Assembly: GCA_029856435.1 (NCBI GenBank)
Contig: JAHQXB010000147.1
Coordinates: 1-11,918 of the forward strand
Direction: 5' to 3'
From: Candidatus Jordarchaeia archaeon
GTDB taxonomy: Archaea > Asgardarchaeota > Jordiarchaeia > Jordiarchaeales > Jordiarchaeaceae
Length of the DNA stretch: 11,918 nt
Every line of letters starts with the position of its first letter. The stretch's first letter is position 1. The notes below the pieces were generated by a model. The model saw only the letters and a list, made by a program, of their open reading frames with translations, was not told where the DNA came from and ran no database searches. Positions 1-7,639 of the stretch are shown here, one piece after another. The translations under genes and the position numbers were made by a program.

Positions 1-2
1 CA

Positions 3-260
3 ATCCTCCTTAAAGCCAAGGAGGCGGCGGAAGAACTCTCCTACAGATTCCTTGTTTTCCAGTTCTTCAGGCTGGCCCTAGCGGACAAGCCTGAGAAGGC
101 AGAGAAGGAAACCCGAAAGATCAAAAACTGGATTGAGGAACAGGAGGAAAATAAGAGGGAAGGCCTCAAACCCATACTTGAAAGGTTCAAGTATGAGGGG
201 AGGTTCTTCACCTACACTAAGGTTGAGGGTTGCTCTCGAAGCAACGTAGAGCTGGAGTGA
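3..260 (+). CDS. 3' end of a hypothetical protein entering from the left edge
   Basis: Open from base 3 to TGA at 258-260: ILLKAKEAAEELSYRFLVFQFFRLALADKPEKAEKETRKIKNWIEEQEENKREGLKPILERFKYEGRFFTYTKVEGCSRSNVELE*. Charged, helical, protein-like composition. Missing from the ORF track because it has no start in the window. Family not recognised. Confidence 0.65.
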   Translation: MLLKAKEAAEELSYRFLVFQFFRLALADKPEKAEKETRKIKNWIEEQEENKREGLKPILERFKYEGRFFTYTKVEGCSRSNVELE

Positions 261-653
261 CTGTTTAATGGTGTGAGGGGGCTTGCAAACAGTTTGGGGG
301 GTCATCCGAAGGCCCCCTTTCTTCTAAACCCTTTGGGGACGCTCACGGTAGCGGTATGCAAAGCCCTTCTCAGAGAGGTTCGGATGGGAGGGTGAAAAAC
401 AGAGAGGAGACGCGGATTATGGGGGAGGGCTAAGAGAGACCCAGGATGGGCTCTAGCCAGAATCACGGTACTCCTAAGGGAATTGGACAAAGAGGAGTAG
501 GGCGGTTTGAAAACCAGCAGCTTCACGAGGCAGTTCACCCCTCTCAACCACCCCCGCTTTTTAAGCCGAGTCCAATCTTCTGTGGGGCGCTGCCTTGGTT
601 TTGAAGCGTCATTAAAGGCTGAAAACTGTTGGGGGAACTAACAGTCACCACCC

Positions 654-860
654 TCAACACTGCACTTCGAAAAATTCTGGGTATCCTCCAGCCTCATACC
701 AAAACAGTTTATAATCCCTTCAACAAGTCCTCTCAAACTCGTAACCTTTCAATAGCTTCGACTTGGAATGGCCATGAACCCTACGCTCACCCGGGTGAAA
801 ACAACCACTCAGAAGTGTACCATAAACAAAAACATTACAGAAAACTACAACTCACACCTC
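654..860 (-). pseudogene. Gamma-glutamylcyclotransferase (GGCT/AIG2-like) remnant
   Basis: Minus strand reads FCNVFVYGTLLSG...GYEFERTC*RDYKLFWYEAGGYP. VFVYGTL (833-813) and YKLF...GGYP match the two N-terminal GGCT motifs. In-frame TGA at 722-720 and 656-654, no clean in-frame start after the GAGGTG RBS (860-855), and the C-terminal LDxLEG half is absent. Confidence 0.75.
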
Positions 861-1224
861 TTGGAATCAAACCGTATTCCCTTTATGGATATTTAATTAG
901 TAATTTAGCGTGCTGTAGACAAAATATTTTTAGACCTCATATATTAACGCTTCCTAAAATGATTTAAACTCACAAATGTCTTAGATTTTATTTAGTACGA
1001 TTTTTTATACGAAATTGATAAATAATTCTAAAACCATTTTAAATATATCAGTAAAAGTAAAGGAAAGCAATGAAGGTAAAAACCTAGATGAAACAGTTAC
1101 CCCTTTTTTATATGTCAAGCCGGTAAAAACGAAACATCATCACCGAATATACTAAAAGGAGTACAATCATCCAGCCTCATAGAATCTGCGAAATATGGAT
1201 TTAAAAGTACTATTTGCTCCTAGC

Positions 1225-1230
1225 GAGGTG
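1225..1230 (+). promoter_or_regulatory. Shine-Dalgarno GAGGTG of the 1236 gene
   Basis: GAGGTG lies 5 nt upstream of ATG 1236. Confidence 0.75.
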
Positions 1231-1235
1231 CGAAA

Positions 1236-1931
1236 ATGAAGGAAATTCAATACCGAAAACTCGTTGAGAAACGCAAAAGATGCACACGTTGCGAGAATTT
1301 AGATCCACCATTAATTAATCCATCGAATGTTAATAATGGAGTATATGACTCCGATGAGATAGGTCCATGGTCACTCTGGCAAGGCAGCCTTAATGCAAAA
1401 ATTTTGCTTGTCGGTCAGGACTGGGGAACAGAAGACCATTTCATACAGCGTAGAGGCAGAGACACAAGCAGAAACACTACAAATAAAAATTTAATGAAGC
1501 TGTTCAAATCCATCGGTTACCCCATTAAAGCTCCAGAAGAGAATGATTTTGGAAATGCGGATCTATTTTTTACTAATCTGGTCTTATGCCTAAAAAGGGG
1601 AAACCTTCAAAGCAGGATTGATCCCAGAGCAGGAGATTGTTGTGCCAAACTTTTTCTGAAACCTCTAATCGAGATCATTCAACCAAAGGTCGTTATAACA
1701 CTTGGCAACATCGCTTACGAATCAATAGCAGAAGTATATGGCTTGGATCCAAACAGATTTAGTGAAACAGTTGTTGAAAGACCCGAGGGTTTTCTACTTA
1801 GAGAGGGAACTGTCATGTTCCCTGTTTACCACTGCGGAGCAAGAAGCGTAAATATGAACCGTTCTTTTGAGGAGCAAAAAAATGATTGGAGAAAAATCAA
1901 AAATTATCTTGAGAGAGAAGGTAGAAAATAG
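1236..1931 (+). CDS. Uracil-DNA glycosylase superfamily protein, family 4/5-like with predicted 4Fe-4S cluster and atypical motifs
   Basis: C16-x2-C19; motif A ILLVG60QDWG; FFTN114LVLC118 ... C135/C136; PKVVITLG; motif B PVYH199CG. 231 aa with a good RBS. Confidence 0.92.
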   Translation: MKEIQYRKLVEKRKRCTRCENLDPPLINPSNVNNGVYDSDEIGPWSLWQGSLNAKILLVGQDWGTEDHFIQRRGRDTSRNTTNKNLMKLFKSIGYPIKAPEENDFGNADLFFTNLVLCLKRGNLQSRIDPRAGDCCAKLFLKPLIEIIQPKVVITLGNIAYESIAEVYGLDPNRFSETVVERPEGFLLREGTVMFPVYHCGARSVNMNRSFEEQKNDWRKIKNYLEREGRK

Positions 1932-2055
1932 ACTTTCACAACCTTCTAATAAGCATCATCGCAGAAGGAGCCAAAAATACGATGTTTATCCACCAGTTGA
2001 AATCAAAAAAAGCATTAGTCATAGTTGATTCATGTATTTCTGCCTTGTTGCATAA

Positions 2056-2069
2056 TTGTTTCTTTTTTT
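2056..2069 (+). terminator. Possible archaeal oligo-T terminator between the convergent UDG and nuclease genes
   Basis: TTGTTTCTTTTTTT on the + strand; an A7 run at 2005-2011 could serve the - strand. Position and composition are the only support. Confidence 0.3.
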
Positions 2070-2095
2070 AAATTATAGATCTCAATGATGTTTTT

Positions 2096-3439
2096 TTAAC
2101 TCCATTTTTTCCATGCCTTTTCGGTGAGTGTTTCACTATGCTTTGGGAGTGTGTTTATACTTAGTGTTAGTGAAAATATTGTTGCTGTATTTTCTTTGAT
2201 TTGCTTGGCTCCAAGTATTTTCTCCCATGGTTCTAGTTCTGCCGACATATCTTCTAGTATTTTATGGGTGTCTGGTACTTTGGGATATTGTAGGGCTTCC
2301 TTAACCTCTGCAACGGTAATGTTTAATTTTTCTGCTATCCACTCCGCCTCCTTATTTTTGATTTCTTCAACAGCCAGTTTATCAGAATATTGTTGTATCC
2401 GTTCTGTTTTTGATTGACGTTTTATTCTCAATTCTAGTTGTGCTTTTTGTATTTCTAGTTCGTATTTGTTGAGTATTCCTGGTTTTTGCAGTTTTTCTTG
2501 TATGTAATTTTTTAGAAAGTATGCGTTGTAGTCGTAGCCCGTTTCAATTGCTCCTTTGGCGAAGATTAGTGGTAAGGGTTTCGCGGTCTCTATCTCGTCA
2601 TAAATTGTTGTGTCGCAGAATTTTTTGTAATTGCACCTTTTACAAGAGTCTGTTTTCTCTGCGTATGGTAGTTTGCCCATGAGGCCGAGTTGTTTCGCTT
2701 TCCAGATTTTCTCGATTATTTCGTTGTCTATCCTTGTCTTTTCTGAGCATATTTCGAATTCTCCTAGTCGTGGATAAATTAGGATAGTTTGGGTTTCTGG
2801 CTCTAAGAGTACGCTAGGCGCTAATTCCATTTTTTCGTCTTTGTAATGCTGTTTTAATGTTATGCTCCCTGAGACTTCAGCTAATGAGTTGTAGAAAGAG
2901 GCTTGAAAGGTGTCTGAAGCAGCTGTTCTTACAGTGTTTTTCACTTCTATAATTACTGGAATCCTAGTTTTAGACGGGAGAGCTACGAAGTCGGGTTCCC
3001 CTAAGGCTGGTAGAAAGGGGTTCTTGATCGCTCCTTTTCCAAGAATGTGAAGAGAACCGTAAACTTCATTTAGTTTTTCTGTAATAAAACTCATTCCTTC
3101 CAAGTCCTGCCTCAGAAGTTCAAGGAGAAGGGTTTCAGGAGATACATTCTGAAGTCTATTTTCAAGCGACTTTAACTTTTCCCTTAGTTGATTTAGAATT
3201 TCCCTCTCGTCTATTTTCTTCATTTCCACTTTTTCCGCTCCCATTTTCTCAAAGGCAACTTTTGCTATAGTTTCTCCGACAGCCCCTTTCTCATATGATG
3301 TAAGACTTGACTCATATCTTCTGGGCGTCGTCACTTCCCTAGTTTTTAATCCCTGAACCTTAAAAGCGACTATCCTTGGGCACCGTAAACAGTCGTGTAT
3401 GTCATTTCTGCTACAGGTAAAAGTAGATATTCCAACCAA
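2096..3439 (-). CDS. Stand-alone Cas4-like / RecB-type PD-(D/E)xK nuclease with 4Fe-4S ligands and a ~170 aa helical C-terminal extension
   Basis: TTG start with AAGGAG upstream. N-terminal C20-P-R; GEPD150; IIE165VK167; Q179ASFY183; C266-x2-C269-x5-C275 (CKRCNYKKFC). This is the 1+3 Cys arrangement of Cas4/AddB-like nucleases. Confidence 0.9.
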   Translation of the reverse strand: MVGISTFTCSRNDIHDCLRCPRIVAFKVQGLKTREVTTPRRYESSLTSYEKGAVGETIAKVAFEKMGAEKVEMKKIDEREILNQLREKLKSLENRLQNVSPETLLLELLRQDLEGMSFITEKLNEVYGSLHILGKGAIKNPFLPALGEPDFVALPSKTRIPVIIEVKNTVRTAASDTFQASFYNSLAEVSGSITLKQHYKDEKMELAPSVLLEPETQTILIYPRLGEFEICSEKTRIDNEIIEKIWKAKQLGLMGKLPYAEKTDSCKRCNYKKFCDTTIYDEIETAKPLPLIFAKGAIETGYDYNAYFLKNYIQEKLQKPGILNKYELEIQKAQLELRIKRQSKTERIQQYSDKLAVEEIKNKEAEWIAEKLNITVAEVKEALQYPKVPDTHKILEDMSAELEPWEKILGAKQIKENTATIFSLTLSINTLPKHSETLTEKAWKKWS

Positions 3440-4295
3440 CCTAATCCTACTCCTTAACCAAAAAACCTGTTAATTAATAATAATTTACATTTCCACTATT
3501 ATTTTAGTTCCGCATTTACAGATTTTTGCATTACTTTTCGCTGATGTTTCTCCATTTGTGCCCTGCCTGTCAGGCTCGGTTAAGAGCTTGAATTCCTGTT
3601 ACTAACTGTGGTTATCATTGGGCTCAACAGGTTATTTTTTAAATTCAGATTTTTTGCCGATGTTTAGCTGATTAGCTGGGGAAGGATAGCGATGGTTCAG
3701 TAAAACTGTGCTGGGGCTGTTTCACGAAGATGTAAATCAAAGGTGTGGAGAAGTTTCATCCCAACCCCTTCCACAATTTAGTTATTTACTTTTTCTTAGT
3801 GAAATGGTATTAAATTTGTATAAGTATTTTCTTTCCAATAAATCTTCTTTCTAATAAATAAGAATTTTACGCTGACCCTTTTTGTCGGTGTTTGCTCCAA
3901 CACATAAGGTGCCCAAAGCACTACCAGAAATTAGGGGAAGAAGCGAATTGGAATTATAGAAAAGCTAATCTTTAAAACCCAATTATTTTTTTGTGGAGTG
4001 TACACTAATTTGGTGTCAAAGCATTTTTCATTAATCTTGAGTCATCTCTAAAAAATGAAAAAGGGACAAAAGTTGATAAAAGTTGACCTATTATCGATTC
4101 TAGAACAGATGGATGTTAACTTCTGTTAGCTGAACAGGATGAGGTTTCAACCTAAGCAACGATAGATGGTACGTCAAAAAAGAATTTCATAGTGGGAATA
4201 ATCAGCACCAACAAATTTGTAGTCATAATCTGTCAATAGGTTTAAGAGTTAAGCGGACTTCTAAAATATTTAAAACTTAGTTTTATGGTGAGAAT

Positions 4296-4610
4296 TTGAC
4301 TGAAAACATTTCAGCTAAAATCTATGAGGATATTTTACGTCGATTGAGCGCAACGATAGAGCGCTATTTTCAACCATGCGGTTTAGAGAACACCCTCAAA
4401 ACCATTCTCCACAATCTTGCCTCTAGAGCCGCGGATGAAAATTGGACCGGATATGGAATCATTATAAGCGGAGTAAAGAAAACTGTAAAACAGGCGCAGT
4501 TCCTCGCGGAAAGGTATAACAACCACTTGTGTCACTATCTAAACCTAGCTCTCAGGAGGGGATGGATCGAAAATTGGGTTCTACGATTCAGAGAAAGAAT
4601 GATACAGTAG
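4296..4610 (+). CDS. Hypothetical helical protein, 104 aa
   Basis: TTG start 4 nt after GGTGA (4287-4291), AT-rich TATA-like tract at about 4263-4275, and an open frame in AT-rich DNA. No motif recognised. Confidence 0.5.
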   Translation: MTENISAKIYEDILRRLSATIERYFQPCGLENTLKTILHNLASRAADENWTGYGIIISGVKKTVKQAQFLAERYNNHLCHYLNLALRRGWIENWVLRFRERMIQ

Positions 4611-4717
4611 CCTATACATCATAAAAACAAATGAATAATATAACAATTATATAATGCTTTTAAACTACAAAACAGAACCCAAGTATTATCTACGCCCCAA
4701 ATTCATCTTCACGCAAT

Positions 4718-5340
4718 TCATTCTTCAATCTTGTCGTCAAACTCGGGAAAGTGCTGATAGTGCACCAGAAGATCTTTCTTGACCAACTGAAACCGAACTT
4801 CCCCATCGAAAATGTCCCTCACATCCTGAAGAATCTCTCTAATCCCCCCTTAAACACTTTAGCAGGCACCAGATAACCATGAACAAAAATGAACAGGTGA
4901 AACTTCTCACCAGGCAAACCCCTCGGGCTGTAATCGCGGAACAATATCACCTTCTCAAAATAACCAACATACCCATCAAAGAAATGTTCCCTCCGAGAAA
5001 AATAAGTTTAGCTGCTTCCCATCTCTAAATCCCACTTATTATCCCACTAACCTCTTTGCTTCTCCTTCGCACCATTCGTGTACATCTCATAATGAATAAA
5101 AAAGCACACTATATCTGTATAATTTATCTTACAACCTTCATTAACTTCAAAATACTAAACCTCAATTCAAACCTAAAAAGATTATCTATGGCAACCTGAA
5201 TTATAACTCCTAAAGGAAAAACAAACTTCACGTGTTCCTTATCTATTTTGAAAGCATCCCACTTATCATGCAAAGCTCAGAATAGTTCACAACACTCTTT
5301 TTCGCTTCTATTCGGCTTAGATTTACCATTCCGGCACCGT
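4718..5340 (-). pseudogene. Decayed gene of unknown family
   Basis: Protein-like minus-strand segments: HDKWDAFKIDKEHVKFVFPLGVIIQVAIDNLFRFELRF / YFEVNEGCKINYTDIVCFFIHYEMYTNG / TYFSRREHFFDGYVGYFEKVILFRDYSPRGLPGEKFHLFIFVHGYLVPAKVFKG / GIREILQDVRDIFDGEVRFQLVKKDLLVHYQHFPEFDDKIEE* (TGA 4720-4718). They are separated by stops (e.g. 5279-5277, 5049-5047, 5010-5008) and frameshifts, one at the G6 run 4849-4844. The upper boundary is approximate. Confidence 0.6.
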
Positions 5341-5848
5341 TTCCTCAGCGTCTCCTGTTGAGAGGTGGTGCTGTTTTGCAACTTTTCCCCACCTTCTACG
5401 CCTTAAATGAGTATTTTCCTCTGCCTTAAACGCCGAATTTAGGCTTAAACAAGACATTCCCTACACACCACAAATCTGCCCACAACAAGTGACGCTAGGT
5501 TAACAGTGCCATTCCATCCAAAAAAACCTAAAAAGCGGAGATTCAACCTACGAACCAAATTGTGAGAAAATTCGCTTAAAGTTACTTCTCTAAAATAGGG
5601 TGGTAGTTCCCGACGAACGTTTGGGAGTTCTTCTTATTCCTGCGTTTTGCATGCTTGAGGGACCCCGTCTTAAGTATGTAGCTTCTCTTCTATGAGTTAA
5701 TCGTTTGATCCTTCTCAAAAAAAAGCAGGCTTAACAGGGCTTCCTTCCAAATAGGCCCAAAAAATGGTAAGACTGGCTAACCCTGCACACATACCATGTC
5801 AACAAACTACATACTTACAACAAGGTCTCCATGCTTGATTCCGATAGA

Positions 5849-5880
5849 TTTATAAGCATTCCATGCAGAAAAATATATAG
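5849..5880 (+). promoter_or_regulatory. Candidate TATA boxes upstream of the regulator
   Basis: TTTATAAG (5849-5856) and AAATATATAG (5871-5880, preceded by a purine-rich GCAGAA BRE-like stretch), 50-80 nt upstream of ATG 5931. Confidence 0.3.
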
Positions 5881-5930
5881 TTACAGTCAAAATATAATGG
5901 TTATAATCATAAAAATATGGTGACAATCTT

Positions 5931-6656
5931 ATGGTAATGGTAACTATGAAATCTGTAGACTGGATATTAGTACCTGTAAACCCCGACATCCCAGAAAAAA
6001 ACCACCTAGTTAGCAATGTGTATTACCCAGCATGCAGGTGGCTTCTAGTATACAACCCCAAGGACGAGCGTCAAACCAAACACTACAATGATATCCAAGA
6101 AATCCTCAAGAATGCTAGCATAGAGGTGGAATCACTCGAAGCGGACGTGAACAATTACTACGAAATACTCCTAAAATTTGACGAGTGGCTCCAAGCCAAG
6201 ATAACAGATAAAAACACAACATTTGCCATCAACGGAGCAACAAACAGCATACCCGCAATGAACGCTATAAGAGACACACTCGCAAGAAGAGGCCACAGCG
6301 GATTCGTGTTCTCATTTGTAGGAAAAGAGGATAGCATCGGGGGTGTACCACGGATATCCCCCCTAAGCACCAGCTCTCTCACAGACGAACACCTAGAAAT
6401 AATCAGGGTACTTCTCAATCGGGGCGGAAAAGTTGAAGGCCAAAAGGAACTCTTAAAGCAGCTCATAGAAGCCCAGAGAAACGTGGACGAAAAAAAGCTT
6501 GGGAAGGGAATATTCGGCAAGTACGAGAAGGATCCGAATGTGGGAAAGAAAGTGCTTTCATACTATCTTCAACAATTAGAAAGACTGAACATTGTGAGAA
6601 TGGTCTATGAGAAGGGCAAAAGGCAATCCACAATAATACTCAACATCTTCTTCTAA
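5931..6656 (+). CDS. CARF-like Rossmann domain + C-terminal winged HTH transcriptional regulator (Csa3 / HFX_2341-like architecture)
   Basis: N-terminal alternating beta/alpha pattern (WILVPV, WLLVYN, EVESLEAD, YYEILLKF, TFAINGATNSIPAMNA). C-terminal LTDEHLEIIRVLLNRGG...QKELL...LSYYLQQLERLNIV is a wHTH signature. GGTGA RBS 7 nt upstream of ATG 5931; ATG 5946 is an alternative start. Confidence 0.75.
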   Translation: MVMVTMKSVDWILVPVNPDIPEKNHLVSNVYYPACRWLLVYNPKDERQTKHYNDIQEILKNASIEVESLEADVNNYYEILLKFDEWLQAKITDKNTTFAINGATNSIPAMNAIRDTLARRGHSGFVFSFVGKEDSIGGVPRISPLSTSSLTDEHLEIIRVLLNRGGKVEGQKELLKQLIEAQRNVDEKKLGKGIFGKYEKDPNVGKKVLSYYLQQLERLNIVRMVYEKGKRQSTIILNIFF

Positions 6657-6725
6657 CAAGGGTTCTGAGTATGGCTTCGCATCATAGGATTGTTCACCAA
6701 CTAATCTTAATAATTTATTGTTTAT

Positions 6726-6732
6726 GGAGGTG
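6726..6732 (+). promoter_or_regulatory. Shine-Dalgarno GGAGGTG of GATase-II copy 1
   Basis: GGAGGTG lies 8 nt upstream of ATG 6741. Confidence 0.8.
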
Positions 6733-6740
6733 TTAAAAAA

Positions 6741-7457
6741 ATGTGTGAATTATTCGGTTTGAGTTGTAATGATAGGGATAGGGTATTAAGAAGCTCTCCC
6801 ATCTTCGTCCAGAGGGGTAGCCTGTGCCAGGACGGGTGGGGCATAGGATACTACGAGGACGCAAGAGCCATCGTCGAGCGATCAGGAGAATCCATAACCA
6901 GACCAGAGGCACAGAGAAGATTCTTCAGCATAGTGGAGAGAGCTAGGAGCAGAACCATAATAGCCCACGTCCGATTCGCAACCAGCGGCGCCCCAGACAC
7001 CTGCAACTCGCACCCATTAAAAACAAGAGCACTCGACAGGGAATGGATATTCGCACACAACGGCGTCATCGAAGGATTCGACTACCCCGTGAGAAGCGAC
7101 ATCGGCTCAGAAATAGACTCCGCAAAGCTGTTCAGCTACCTAATAGACAACATGGAAAGATACATGTCACAAGGCCGCGGAATCCGAGGCATCTATCCCG
7201 GTCTCAAGAATGCCCTGCGACCACTCATACGTGAATACCCCAACAGCAAAATAGACTTCCTACTATCCGACGGAACCTGCATGTTCCCCTTCAACCACAA
7301 CCACAAACCCATCTACTACCTGAAAAGAATAAAGGACTACGGCGGAGCCATCCTACTAACAACAATAGAAAACCTAAGCCCAGAAGATTGGAAACCCATC
7401 CCCAAAGACAAACTATTAGTAATATGCAACGGTGAATTCCTAGTACGCCAAGCCTAG
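6741..7457 (+). CDS. Class II glutamine amidotransferase / Ntn hydrolase, YafJ/EgtC-like (copy 1)
   Basis: M-C2 nucleophile (MCELFG), DGWGIGYY, AHVRFATSG, NSHP, FAHNG, IDS. Confidence 0.93.
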   Translation: MCELFGLSCNDRDRVLRSSPIFVQRGSLCQDGWGIGYYEDARAIVERSGESITRPEAQRRFFSIVERARSRTIIAHVRFATSGAPDTCNSHPLKTRALDREWIFAHNGVIEGFDYPVRSDIGSEIDSAKLFSYLIDNMERYMSQGRGIRGIYPGLKNALRPLIREYPNSKIDFLLSDGTCMFPFNHNHKPIYYLKRIKDYGGAILLTTIENLSPEDWKPIPKDKLLVICNGEFLVRQA

Positions 7458-7639
7458 AAAGAAAGAGAGAGGAAACCAAGCCAAAATGCGGTAAGCCCCC
7501 TCAACGTAGAAGGTGCTCGGGTTGCCAAGTAGAATCGCTAAGAGAACCCTAGAAGAACCGGTAGAAGATTATTCGAGGTTCAGGGAAACCTATCCCCCGC
7601 GGGGAGGAATCAATATGATCCGAACGGAGGCAGACAAAA

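Noticed and set aside
78-547. Minus-strand ORFs 78..305 and 302..547
   Set aside because: Antisense shadows of the purine-rich + strand frames; low-complexity Leu/Phe/Pro/Ser composition and no motif.
629-967. ORF-track 112 aa + strand ORF
   Set aside because: It is the antisense of the GGCT remnant, whose motifs are on the minus strand. The A/C-rich strand has few stops by chance.
687-1181. 12-bp direct repeat TCCAGCCTCATA at 687-698 and 1170-1181
   Set aside because: Several 12-mer matches are expected by chance in 12 kb, and it has no boundary context.
2124-2417. 97 aa + strand ORF
   Set aside because: Lies fully antisense inside the Cas4-like gene.
3480-4290. Short ORF scraps (e.g. ...AKICKCGTKIIVEM* on the minus strand; MKKGQKLIKVDLL... 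at 4055 with three in-frame TAGs) and tandem AAAAGTTGA at 4067/4078
   Set aside because: Too short and fragmented to call a gene, amber readthrough or an operator.
6687-6705. GGATTGTTCACCAACTAAT resembles a conserved large-subunit rRNA segment as I recall it (GGATTGTTCACCCACTAAT)
   Set aside because: Only 19 nt, the flanks do not continue the rRNA sequence, it sits in an 84-nt intergenic gap, and the match is from memory. A BLAST against rRNA would settle it.
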